The position numbers and the translations under genes were made by a program. Source: Octopus sinensis (Eukaryota). Taken from it: a stretch of DNA of 64,000 nucleotides. The notes beneath the pieces are model-generated. The model worked only from the letters and a program-made list of their open reading frames with translations. It was not told the DNA's origin and did no database searches. The stretch is from assembly GCF_006345805.1 (NCBI RefSeq), contig NC_042997.1:5208001-5272000 (forward strand), in the 5' to 3' direction. Of this stretch, positions 13,976-26,944 are shown piece after piece; the stretch's first letter is position 1; every line of letters begins with the position of its first letter.

Positions 13976-15405
13976 TTAAAATTTACTCCTTGAGGCCATA
14001 GGCCGACAGGGATGTATGAATGTAATCTGGTCCTAATATACCATGCTATTGTCTATAATATCGGTAACAATGTGAATAGCTGTCGCATTTTGAAAACGTC
14101 AATATCTATGATGCCGTTATCCACCCCACTGACTGGAAGTGTTTTACTTGCGATTTATCTAGCATAGAATATATTTGAGTTTAAATTCTAACAACAGCCA
14201 ATTCTGCATTATTTGTGATTTTTCTATATACATCCCAATCTATAAATTTTGAGTCAATGCTTAAAAGTTGTTTTCGAGGTCCAATGTGCTTAATAGTGGT
14301 GCCTAATATATTTTTAAATTGTCAAATGCAGTAGGAGGAAACAATTATGGTACATGGAAATAAAGATGACGTCCCTTGCTTCTGACATTGTTTTACCAGC
14401 TGTCAATATGTCCTTTAGTATCAATTACATCGTATGGTGAGAGAGGCTACGTTGACTTTTAAAATACTTTTATAGTAGTGATCGTAATAGTACACAGTGT
14501 CAGTTATACAAATTCCTTCAATACCCTTTCTGATATCCTTTGATATCATTCATATATTTTTCTTCCGTTTTTTTTCTTTTGTATCCTTATCTTTGTCAAC
14601 AATACTCATATTGCATTCATCTTGAGGATGATCTAATTATGCTAATAAATACAGATCTGAATTTTTTTAAATTTCACTGACAAACTGAAAATTTCTAAGA
14701 AAAATGATATTACTAGAACCAATAATTTGTAATATTTAAGGATGGTCTATGTTTGTTAGTTAGGAATCAAATATACTCATCTTAATTCTGATAGTTTGCG
14801 TGTATCTATTAAACAATTGCATGGATTTTCAAATAAAAATCATATATTTTTAGATAGTATACGTTATCAAATTCTATATTTAGTTACAGGGAACTGAGTA
14901 TTATTCAAAGATTATACCTCCACACAATCGAAGATTTAAAAAAAAGGTGAATATTATTTTTCCATCGAACAAGGGGATTTTGATTCACGCCACATTTCAG
15001 AAAAGTATTTTGTTCTTTTTCTTTTTCTGCAAGATAATGGATTATTTAAATATATATTTCACGATTATATAAATCCGAATTATAGCTCCCATCTGTATGC
15101 AAATTGTATAAATGTATAGCAAACTGCAATTATTTCAAATATGTCTCAGCATGATTCATTTCCTTTTTGTGAAATATAATTTTGTCAAATTTTCCGTATG
15201 GAAAGCATTAAAATGCCTACGATTTTGAATTTGTTTATTACCTATATTCTATAAAATCGAAAGAATATTAAACTGAACCTATTGTGTGAGGTTTATAATG
15301 ATTTTATTTCACAAATTGTATTGTTATACTTGCTCTTCTTAATAGTTTTTGTTGTTATGATTATTATTATCGTTACTACTACTACTACTACTAGTACTAC
15401 TACTC

Positions 15406-15475
<70 letters not shown>

Positions 15476-15699
15476 AACTGTTCTAACTTACCGTTTCGCA
15501 CAGTTTCAAAAGCTTATTTTTCGAGTACCATCATTATTATTATTATTATTGTTGTTTTTGTATGTGTTGTTGTTGTTGTTGTTGTTGCTGTTGTTGTTGC
15601 TTATGCTGTTATTGTATTCATCACCATCCTCTTCCTCATCATCATCACCATCATTTTTCTTTCTTATAATAATAACAATAATTATATAATAATAATAAT

Positions 15700-15847
15700 T
15701 ATTATTATTTCTTTATTGCCCACAGGGGACTAAACACAGAGGGGACAAACAAGGACAGACAAACAGATTAAGTCGATTATATCGACCCCAGTGCGTAACT
15801 GGTACTTAATTTATCGACCCCGAAAGGATGAAAGGCAAAGTCGACCT
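15700..15847 (-). mobile_element. 5'-truncated family B SINE
   Basis: Near-identical to the 3' half of the 3666-3899 copy; (AAT)n tail. Confidence 0.85.
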
Positions 15848-15860
15848 ATTGTGTGAGGTT

Positions 15861-15972
<112 letters not shown>

Positions 15973-16130
15973 GGCCGTCAGCCGAGGAGGCCACGCTTGA
16001 CCTCGGCTCCGTATTAGTTTGGGGAATCAAGAATCCATCTTCTTGTCTGATAAATGTCCTCATTTTCTTGTGGGACTTATCCAATTTATTCCATTTCTTA
16101 TTCCACGTGGAAAAATTTAGAATTTTGCTC
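15973..16130 (-). mobile_element. Possible LINE (RTE-like) 3' end with (AAT)n tail
   Basis: GC-richer block ending ...CGTGGCCTCCTCGGCTGACGGCC followed by (AAT)n on the minus strand; only weak peptide resemblance. Confidence 0.3.
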
Positions 16131-16482
16131 AATGGCAGCAACAAATAATTTCGAGGGACTTTCAGTTACCGATGAGAGAGGGGGCGAAACAGGGGAATGT
16201 TTTGCAACCAAAATAAGGGAGAGTGACATTGTTTCGCCTACTGGCGTGACTACTAGACCAGCAATCAAGTAAAACATGATGACCATCCATTCACAAACAA
16301 TAATAACAGCATCGACGCTACCGCTGTCATCACCTCTGCCAATAACACTGCGAAAAACAGCCACAAAATAAATGTAACAGCAGCAACAGAAACAGTAGCA
16401 GCAGTAGCAAGAGCAGCAGCTACAGCAACAACAACAACATTAAAGATTTGACGGGAGAGACAAGCAGTACAACTACGATATA

Positions 16483-16645
16483 GGCGTAGGAGTGGCTGTG
16501 TGGTAAGTAGCTTGCTAACGAACTATGTGGTTCCGGGTTCAGTCCCAATGCGTGACACTTTGGGCAAATGTTTTCTACTATAGCCTCGAGCCGACCAAAG
16601 CCATGTGAGTGGATTTGGTAGGCGGAAACTGAAAGAAGCCTGTCA

Positions 16646-16686
<41 letters not shown>

Positions 16687-16763
16687 AAATATATATATAT
16701 GTATGTGTGTGTGTGTGCGTGTGTGTGTATGTTTGTTTGTGTGTCTGTATTTGTTTCCCCCCA
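16483..16763 (+). mobile_element. Family A SINE, full head, 3'-truncated
   Basis: GGCGTAGGAGTGGCTGTGTGGTAAG (A-box), GGTTCCGGGTTCAGTCCC (B-box), CORE-like CTTTGGGCAAATG and internal microsatellite. Confidence 0.85.
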
Positions 16764-16779
16764 CACACATCAGCTAGTA

Positions 16780-18110
16780 GCGTGTCTAATTCGGTCAAAG
16801 ATATGAACTTCACCAGAAAGAATAGCGTCGCTGATGCAGGAAGTAAGAGAAAACAAACATTCACACCGTGTGGCATCAATTCAGCCAGAAGCCGTGAATC
16901 CCATCTGGTCCGGGGCTTTCCACTTAAGCACTTTATCCACTTGTTCTTTTACACCACCTGTGCTTATGACAATATTCCTTTATTTCTTTCCTCCTTGTAA
17001 TTCTGTCTTGATTATTCTTATCCACATTACACCTCTTTTATGCTCCACATTGTTTTCTCATAATACGCTCCAGAACTCCTTGGCTTGACATTCACCAGGA
17101 GCAACTTTTTGTCATTGTTTCCTTCTAACGTTCGGAAGAATTGCTTTGGGTTATTTTTTAACAATCTTTTCTCCTGGTATTGGTTATTTCTGTTCACAAA
17201 TCTTCTGGTCTTGTGGCTTTTTGCCATGATACTCTGTTTTAACTGCTCTATTACTGCATTAAACCCGTTCTTCGTATTTTATATTTCTTTAATATTTCTC
17301 GGTCGGTCTTTTTCTCATTTTTTCCACTTTCGTCTTATCTATTCCTCAATTTTACCTACATATTCCCTTGCCCACATTATGTCCCTTTGAATGCGTCATT
17401 TCCGCCATGGTTCTTTGCTCCACCATTTTTTGTTTCTCCTCAAGAAGTAGCCCCATAACTCGGAGAAGATTACTTGTTGTGCTACGTCCTCCGTCTGAAT
17501 GTTTTGTATGACAGTATTTATCTTTTGTGTTACTTTATTTAACATACTCCTAACTTTTCTTCTCACATTCATAGGGACTTTTTCTTCTGCAGCTTTCATG
17601 AACTCAGTGAGTCGTCTTTGAATTTCAAGTAATTCATTTCTCCTACATATCCAGCCACCACAGTATCAGCTTTCAATCTATAACGTTTCTGTTCCTCATC
17701 CTTTACAGCCCCATCACCATTCACCTGTTCCTCTTTTCTACTCTTGTCCCTGCTTTCAACTCCTACCTCTCTGTTTTCAGTTCCGACCATCCTTTGTTCC
17801 CATCAGCTGGGTATCTCAGAATCTCACTAATTCGAGAAATTTCCACTCCATTTAAGTAACTCTTTCTCCTAATCACTTTTACTTGGTTCACTAGTTTATT
17901 TTCTAAAATTGGATACATGTCCTTTTCTATCCAAAATTTCAAGGTACGTCGGCCTACTCCGCGATTTCTTTCTAGCTTTGCTATTTTATGACATACAATA
18001 AGTGTATGGTACTCTTCCTTCGTCCACTTATGTCTGTTTTTGAGCACACCATGTATGTGATCTGTTGTCACATAACGACCGTCCGTGGCCAGATCCCTAT
18101 CCTTGATGCG
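16780..18110 (-). mobile_element. Old R4/Dong-type retrotransposon fragment (N-terminal region to start of RT)
   Basis: HKWTKEEYHTLIVCH..., NRNNQYQEKRLLKNNPKQFFRTL and frameshifted WKA/PGPDGIHGFWL, homologous to the N-terminal part of the 26648-30582 copy. Confidence 0.75.
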
Positions 18111-18415
18111 GGTGGTTTCGGACGAGCCGGAGGAGAGGAACCTTCACTATGATCGGCTATAGCTACATTCCCGCCGTTAATTCTTTCATTATTGTGTTGC
18201 ATCCTGATTTCATGTGTTGTTCGTGGGGTTCCCACGAAAAGTTATTGAGATCCCATCTTTCTCTTCCTCTCTTTATTTGTATATACACATGCAGATGTAT
18301 GTACATATACATATATATATATATATATATAACGTGCTTGCATTGTGTCACCACCATAACCACAGTGATTATCATTATTACAATCCTTCTACCTATAGCC
18401 TTTAAAATTATCAAT

Positions 18416-18802
18416 AACTCGCAGTATCGCCCGGCGTTGCTCGGGTTTGTAAGGGAAATAACTATAAAGCATTTTTAGAGAGTTATAGCCAAAAAATAGC
18501 AAAAAATAGAAAAAAAATTATGGTAAATTTTTTTTGAGAGTTAAAAAGGTCGAGTTGCGTCCCCTTGACAGTCTGTGGTTTGTGTCTCTGAATCTCGACC
18601 CCATGTCGAATTTATCGATTTTTTTTCAGAACTGGGGGAACTTTTCAAAATTTTCGCTGCGTTAGTTTTGAATTATCACATTGGGCTATGGGTGTGTCAA
18701 GTTTCATCAGAATCGGTTGAAAGCCGTGGCCAGGGTGAGGATACAAACTAACAGACACACAGACACGCAGACAGACAAACTGCCGTTTATATATAGAGAG
18801 AT
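18416..18802 (+). mobile_element. Non-autonomous Helitron/Helentron-like element
   Basis: Starts AACTCGCAGTATCGCCCGGCGTTGCTCGGG; ends with an ACAG-type repeat (ACAGACACACAGACACGCAGACAGACA) then TTTATATATAGAGAGAT, the architecture of Lep1/DINE-type rolling-circle elements (recalled, not searched). Confidence 0.65.
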
Positions 18803-19254
18803 AATATGGGTCGCAGTATATTGCAGCAGATCTTCGTCACTATTTATCAAAATTTATCCAATGGTCTATACTAATCAGTCCTCTGCTACCATTCTTTCTT
18901 TTCATATACAGTCAGTTTACGTTTGCAGTTAGCACTTAATAATATCTTCTGCGCTACCTGCATGAATGGTAATAGAGGAGTCATTCTCAACTAAATTTTC
19001 GTTCCTTTTCTACTCATCTCAACTGATCCAACAATCACTGGTTTTGTAACCGTCTTAAGAGTGGGAGAAAGAGAGGCAGCTAAGTGAATATTATTTGTAT
19101 TATTATAGTTCTTCTTCTTCTTCTTCTTCTTCTTCTTCTTCTTCTTCTTCTTCTTCTTCTTCTTCTTCTTCTTCTTCTTCTTCTTCCTCTTCCTCTTCTT
19201 CTTCTTCTTCTTCTTCTTCTGCTTCTTCTTCTTCTTCTTCTTCTTCTTCTGCTT

Positions 19255-19337
<83 letters not shown>

Positions 19338-19342
19338 GATGA

Positions 19343-19373
<31 letters not shown>

Positions 19374-19389
19374 TATTATTATTATTATC

Positions 19390-21213
19390 TATATTTTATC
19401 CTGTTTTTGCCTTCTTTCTTCAAATTTTCTCCCCTTTCTCGCCGAGTGTTTTCCATACACCCAGGGCAGAGAAGCTCATTGTATGCATTTGCAGATTACA
19501 CACACAAATTCACAGATAAAATATGTATTTAAAAATTAATAAATAAATAAATTCATGGATGGATGTCGTTTTCACAGCGATAATGCTCTTCTCAGTACAT
19601 GAGCCGTTCCAGTTAATACGATATTTTTGCAATTCTTGTAGGGATGGTAAGCCTGGAATCATTTTCAAATAGGTTTCAGTAACTTTTTTATCATTCCTAG
19701 AGATCCTACAATTACTGGTACTGTAGTCGTCTTGAGATGCCACATGTTTAAAATTTCTATTAGCAGGTCTTTATATTTACTAATCTTGTAAAATTCTTTC
19801 GCCGCTCTATTGTGATCGCAAGGGATACACATGTCAATTAATAAACACATCTTTTTTGTCTGATCTTTTATAATAATATCCAGTTTATTAGCTTTTATAA
19901 TCTTGTCGGTCTGTACGGGGATGTCCCATATAATCGACACATTTTCTCCCTCAGTCACAGCTTCAGGATGGTGTTTATACCATTTGGCCGTGGTTTTGAT
20001 TTTATAATACCGCCATATTGTCCAATGTAAGTACTGGCTGACTATGTCATGTCTTGCTTTATATTCTGCAGGTGCTAAGACTCTACACCCTGAGATTAGT
20101 TGGTATATAGTTTCAATCTCATCGTTGCAGAATCGGCATTTTGGGTCAGCTCCATTTTTTTATCACATTGTCTTGGTAGTTCCGCGTTAATAAACTTTGG
20201 TCTTGAGTAGCTAATATGAAACCTTCACTCTCTGCTTTTAGTCCTGAGCTTCGTAACCATTGGTGCGTGTGTTTCTGGTCGACATCAGCTTGTTTGCTAC
20301 GGGCCACATACTTGCCATGGAGAGGTTTCTGTTCCCATCTGCTAGCTAAATTTTCATGTGCTTTTGTCTTAGCAATTAATTTTATTTTATCTTCTTTGCA
20401 GCTGCAATTGGCGCATTTCCGTCAGCCTGATCAATCTGGAGGGTATCTAAGAGACCAGCAGCGAATATTTGGCTCCCTTTGAAAATAGAGTGAAGTTTTT
20501 TCGGTCTTTCATATTTTTCAAAAGTTTTAGCATCCAATCGTTTGTTGCTTCTAGGTATTTGGTCAGTCCGATTGCGGTGGTTTTGCATGTAAGTTCAAGC
20601 TGGATCAAACCTCGAGCTCCCTGAGCTCTGAGAAGGTAAAGGCGATCCACGTCTGCCTTTGGATGGTGCATCTTGTTACAAGTCGGTAGCTTGCGGATTT
20701 TTCTGTCAATTTTCATTATTTCACTGGTATTCCAGTTAAGCACATTGAAGCTATAAAGAACAACTGGTACTGCTAAGGAATTTACGGCTAACACCTTATT
20801 ATATGCATTCAGCTCAGACTTCAGGACTTCTCGAACTCTTCTGTAACATTCCTTTATAACCTTCTCTTTTATGCTTGCATGCTGGATACCAGAGCCTTCA
20901 TTTCTTCCTAGGTATTTATAGGTTTGTTCCTGCTCAAGTTCCTTTATTACTGTTTCGACATCTAATTCGATTGAACTAGACTTTACCAATTTCCCTTTCT
21001 TAAAAATGGCTTTGGCACACTTTTTAAGGCCAAACTCCATCCCGATATCATCACTGAATCATTTCACGGTATGTAATAATCCTTCAAGCTCTTCATCATT
21101 TTTGCCATATAGCTTTAAATCATCCATATAAAATAGATGGCTTATTTTCCTGTTGTCAATTTTGTAGCCATATCCTGTTCTATACAGTTCACTTGGGAGT
21201 GGTATTAGTGCTC
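19390..21213 (-). mobile_element. 5'-truncated R4/Dong-type retrotransposon (RT C-terminus, CCHC finger, RLE nuclease, 3' UTR)
   Basis: HLFYMDDLKL, MEFGLKKCAK, HPKADVDRLYL, CRFCNDEIET..ISGC and DIIIKDQTKKMCLLIDMCIPCD..EFYKISKYKDL. (TAA)n on both sides. Confidence 0.9.
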
Positions 21214-21381
21214 ATATTATTATTATTATATTCAGTAGTTTTATTCAGTAGTTTTATTTTTATAGCGTGCTTTCACTTCACTACCGAGCGTAGCTCTGTG
21301 TGCCTTGGGTATGTGCTGTGATTTGTTGTTATTTTATTATTATTGTGTTATTATTATTATTATCATTATTATTATTATTAC

Positions 21382-21484
<103 letters not shown>

Positions 21485-22037
21485 GAGTGAGAGAGCAGTT
21501 CATGCCATAAGTGACACTGTGGTAAAATATACGAAGCCCAATATACCATCATGAGTACCCGTCTGGTAAGGGTACACCAGGCACATGCATCACAACCATA
21601 TGTGCGCGACATGGTGATCTCATATCAAGATAAACAGCACATGATCTTGCAGGTGGGGCCCAGTCAGAATTTTCTTCAGGTTAAGTAGCCCATCCCGCTC
21701 AAAAGGTCCCTGAATAAGGGTTGTTTAAGGATGTTGAAAGAACCACCCATGTTTGCAGAGGTGAATTATTCAAACCCCAAAGAATCCCTCACAACACATG
21801 GCTATGATGCTCCCCCACTACTTCTGCTCGTGATCAGAGATGCACATATCGTCCGCCACTAAGGGACATGCTCAAATGGTTATGGTCAAACAACTGACAA
21901 GCAAATCTGTGGTATTGAGCAGAATATTTGCTGTAGCCCATCTTTTATACCAAGACAAAACAATGTACATGATAACACTTCCAATCAGTTAAGATCAGAA
22001 GCCATGAGAGCCACTGCCTGGTACTGCATCAGGGCAT
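21485..22037. mobile_element. 553-bp non-coding interspersed element flanked on both sides by (TAA)n
   Basis: Complex, GC-richer block with sharp boundaries against (ATT)n tracts; no long ORF and no obvious tRNA A/B boxes. Mobile status is inferred from context. Confidence 0.55.
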
Positions 22038-22056
22038 TTATTATTATTATTATTAC

Positions 22057-22526
22057 TTTTTCTTCTCCTTTCAAATTTGCTTCCATTTCTTGCCGAGTGT
22101 CTTCCCGACTCCTAGGGCAAAGAAACTCATAGTATACATTGGTAGGCCATTAAACCAAACTCAATAGTTCGTTCATTTAAAAAAAAAAATTTTTTAAGTT
22201 AAATTAAAATACATGAGCAGCAACAGTTCTCACATCGACAATGCTCTTCTCAATACGTGTGATGTACCAGTTAAGACAATCTTTTGCACTTCTTGCAGGG
22301 ATGGTAAGCCAGGGATCATTCTCATATAATTTTCGGTTCTCTTCTTGATCATTCCTAGTGCTCCTACGATCACTGGCATTGTAACCGCCTTGAGATGCCA
22401 CATTTTCTCAATTTCAATGAGTAGGTCTTTATATTTTCTGAGCTTGTCAAACTCTTTTGCTGAGATATTATGATCACAGGGGATGCTCATGTCGATCAAT
22501 AAGCAAACTTTATTGTTTTGGTCTTT
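22057..22526 (-). mobile_element. Short 5'-truncated R4/Dong copy (RLE C-terminus plus 3' UTR)
   Basis: KDQNNKVCLLIDMSIPCDHNISAKEFDKLRKYKDL...VLRRALSM*; near-identical to 30661-31110; (TAA)n on both sides. Confidence 0.92.
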
Positions 22527-22562
22527 ATTAATATTATTATAATTATTATTATTATTATTATA

Positions 22563-22684
<122 letters not shown>

Positions 22685-23370
22685 TGATTTCCATTTATTA
22701 TTAAAATGTAGTATTATAATTTCCATTTCTTATTAAATGTTATTTAGTTTCAACTTGTCTTGTACTTGAGATAATCATAAATATGTGACTGTTGAAGGGA
22801 ATAGTAGGATGAGTAGCAGTTAGGTGAATATACCAAATTCTACAGTTCTGTAAATAGATTCAGCAGATGGTGAAGAGGTCAGCAGTGGGCATTCGTTTGT
22901 GACAATGAGACAAAAGAGGCCTCACACCCTTGTGTGCTGCAGAGATCAAATGTGTTTGCTACTACTAGCGATAAATGAGAGCACCGACCTTGGCATTGAA
23001 AAGAAGCAATTCATCTTGTTCTATTTTTAATTAGAAAAAATAATAATATACTGATTTTCATATCGTTGACGTTTTGAAGTTCTGAATTATTATTTTTTTG
23101 TTTTGTTTCCTTCACTTCCTTCTTTCTAATAAGTTTTGCTGTGGTTTACACATTTTGTAATTGTGCAGTTTGTACATATTCGCAGGGGCTTACCTCCCTT
23201 TTTTGTGCATCTAATTGTGTTTTTGCAATGAAAAGAATGTTTACATGTTCAGGTAGTCAGGGAGACAAGGAGGATAAAAATTTCAACAAAATTGTAGATA
23301 TTATAGTTTTAAAGAATTCTAGGGGTGTTCGTTTGTATGTCCCGTTAAGGAAAGCATAAAAAGGAACGAC

Positions 23371-23987
23371 CTGCTGGGTGTTATTAACTGTGTAGAAAAC
23401 GAACAGGACAAAAAAAATTGCGCAAACGAAACTGGGTGAGGGGAGAGCTTTCGTAAAACTCACAAGATCCGATTTTTCCGTCATAACTTTCGGGAAAATG
23501 GATTACTGTCTTTTTTACTTTTTCTCGTTTTAATGACCATATTTTCCATTGTAGATTGATTTTAAAAAAATCGACGAAATTTTTAAAAACAAATAAACTC
23601 TTTAATTTCATGTGAATTACTATGTCATATTGCTGCGAAAAAATTCTCTGAAAGAAATCTTTGCAAAAAGGTGAGTAGCTAGATTACATATTTCTTTCAT
23701 TTGGCAAAAATAATTTTCGGAAAAATGAAAAATGAAGAGTGATGGAGCCTTGGAATTGAAATTTTGAAAATGAGATTTTGAAAATTGTTTTCAGTATCAG
23801 ATTCTGCATAACCAAAAACGTGGGATTCTGTAAAATAAAATCAATATATATCCATTTTCCCGAATGTTATGACGGAAAAATTAGGATCTTGTGAATTTTC
23901 CGAAAGTCGTCTCTCCATCCCGCCCAAATTTGTTTGCGCAATTTTTTTTGTCATATTCGTATTCTACACAATTGTTAACACACAGCA
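23371..23987. repeat. ~135-bp imperfect inverted repeat (23371-23502 and 23851-23987), probable DNA/rolling-circle element remnant
   Basis: AAAATTGCGCAAAC...CACAAGATCC.ATTTTTCCGTCATAAC.TTCGGGAAAATGGA versus its reverse complement. Confidence 0.7.
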
Positions 23988-26944
23988 AGCTGGGGTTTTT
24001 TTCTTGGTGGGGGGTATTTGTTAAAGGTTGAGGTTCTTTATATTAATCTGTCCATCAGAAAAGACAATAGTTGTTTTTGCAGTAAAATGGATGTCTATAT
24101 TTTCGAATAATCGGGGGGAGAGGAATTAAAAGAAAAGGAGTGCAATTTTCACAGAAAGTTTTAGATGGTGAAGTTTTAAAATTTACTAAAAATGGTCTTT
24201 TGGGCACTCTTTCATTTTGACTCGATGTAAACACTGAATTCGTTAGTTTCCGTGCTCACGTGTTGTCTTGTCAACTGACAGTTGACAAGAAAATAGGAAG
24301 AGAAGCTAATGGGTTGTGCGTACATGCTCGTTCTCGTTTGTGTGCGTACTTGCTCTTCTGTGTGCGTGTACGTGTGCGTGCTCATTCCTCTGTTTGTGTG
24401 TACGCTCTTGTTTGTGTATGTGTGCATGCTTGTTCTTGTTTGTTTGTGTATGTGTGTGTGTGTGCATGCTTGTTTCAATGTGTGTGAGTGTGCATGCGTG
24501 TTTCTCTCTCTCTCTCTCTCTGTCTGTGTGTCTGTGTACCTGTTTTATTTTTTATGTATTTGTGTTGTGGTATGTAGATAGAACACAATTATGCCAACAA
24601 TATCGCATTTTAAACTTGAAGGTAAAAGCCTTACATATTTGTTCTTACCTGATTCATGTGTGTGTGTAACATCATGAAATTTCCAAGCAGAAAACAGACA
24701 AAATGAACGCCGTATCAGTTATTTTAATCCATGTTTTTCTTTTTTAACCACTAAAGAGCAGATCTATTGCAACATGCCTGGAGAAAAGGAGGGACAAGGC
24801 ATTTTATGAATTCTATAAAAATATTTTTGAAGTTTAAATTAGACAGTATAATGCATTTTAAGAAATTCATAAAAGCATTATTTCTGTTTTATCATCGCCA
24901 ACTAAACTCCAACATGTGATGTGCCACGCACGCTGCGATATTTCGTCTTTAAGTGGCTCCCCAACCTCTCCACCGTGATAGTATGGAGCGTAGAGTCGTT
25001 GGGGGTCGACTAAATGGGCACCGTGGTTCACTGTTCAATGACCTGGCAAAGCATTATATGCCTGCCAAAAATGTTATATGTGTTTGTAAGTCCTGGTGTC
25101 TTTGTTATGTATTTGTCTGAATATTTTTAATCATGCCTAATGCACCTATTATGATAGGAATTGTTTCTGATTTTGATTCCACATTCTGGTTACCTCTCTT
25201 TCCAGGTCTTTGTATTTTGAAAGTTTCTCCATTTCTTTTAGAGTCACGTTGTCATCCGTTAGTATTGATACTTCAATTAGAAAACATTTTTTCTTCATGA
25301 TCACTGACAACTATATCTGGTCTGTTGGCCTTCATTCCTCTATCTGTGTGTATTGGCATATCCCAGAGTATCAGATTCTGCATAACCAAAAACGTGGGAT
25401 TCTGTAAAATAAAATCAATATATATCCATTTTCCCGAATGTTATGACGGAAAAATTAGGATCTTGTGAATTTTCCGAAAGTCGTCTCTCCATCCCGCCCA
25501 AATTTGTTTGCGCAATTTTTTTTGTCATATTCGTATTCTACACAATTGTTAACACACAGCAAGCTGGGGTTTTTTTCTTGGTGGGGGGTATTTGTTAAAG
25601 GTTGAGGTTCTTTATATTAATCTGTCCAATCAGAAAAGACAATAGTGTTTTTGCAGTAAAATGGATGTCTATATTTTCGAATAATCGGGGGGAGAGGAAT
25701 TAAAAGAAAAGGAGTGCAATTTTCACAGAAAGTTTTAGATGGTGAAGTTTTAAAATTTACTAAAAATGGTCTTTTGGGCACTCTTTCATTTTGACTCGAT
25801 GTAAACACTGAATTCGTTAGTTTCCGTGCTCACGTGTTGTCTTGTCAACTGACAGTTGACAAGAAAATAGGAAGAGAAGCTAATGGGTTGTGCGTACATG
25901 CTCGTTCTCGTTTGTGTGCGTACTTGCTCTTCTGTGTGCGTGTACGTGTGCGTGCTCATTCCTCTGTTTGTGTGTACGCTCTTGTTTGTGTATGTGTGCA
26001 TGCTTGTTCTTGTTTGTTTGTGTATGTGTGTGTGTGTGCATGCTTGTTTCAATGTGTGTGAGTGTGCATGCGTGTTTCTCTCTCTCTCTCTCTCTGTCTG
26101 TGTGTCTGTGTACCTGTTTTATTTTTTATGTATTTGTGTTGTGGTATGTAGATAGAACACAATTATGCCAACAATATCGCATTTTAAACTTGAAGGTAAA
26201 AGCCTTACATATTTGTTCTTACCTGATTCATGTGTGTTGTAACATCATGAAATTTCCAAGCAGAAAACAGACAAAATGAACGCGTATCAGTTATTTTAAT
26301 CCATGTTTTTCTTTTTTAACCACTAAAGAGCAGATCTATTGCAACATGCCTGGAGAAAAGGAGGGACAAGGCATTTTATGAATTCTATAAAAATATTTTT
26401 TGAAGTTTAAATTAGACAGTATAATGCATTTTAAGAAATTCATAAAAGCATTATTTCTGTTTTATCATCGCCAACTAAACTCCAACATGTGATGTGCCAC
26501 GCACGCTGCGATATTTCGTCTTTAAGTGGCTCCCCAACCTCTCCACCGTGATAGTATGGAGCGTAGAGTCGTTGGGGGTCGACTAAATGGGCACCGTGGT
26601 TCACTGTTCAATGACCTGGCAAAGCATTATATGCCTGCCAAAAATGTTATATGTGTTTGTAAGTCCTGGTGTCTTTGTTATGTATTTGTCTGAATATTTT
26701 TAATCATGCCTAATGCACCTATTATGATAGGAATTGTTTCTGATTTTGATTCCACATTCTGGTTACCTCTCTTTCCAGGTCTTTGTATTTTGAAAGTTTC
26801 TCCATTTCTTTTAGAGTCACGTTGTCATCCGTTAGTATTGATACTTCAATTAGAAAACATTTTTTCTTCATGATCACTGACAACTATATCTGGTCTGTTG
26901 GCCTTCATTCCTCTATCTGTGTGTATTGGCATATCCCAGAGTAT
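23793..26944. repeat. Near-perfect tandem duplication, period ~1574 bp (23793-25366 and 25367-26939)
   Basis: Supplied ORFs repeat with a 1573-1574 offset; AGTAT occurs at 23793, 25367 and 26940. Confidence 0.95.
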
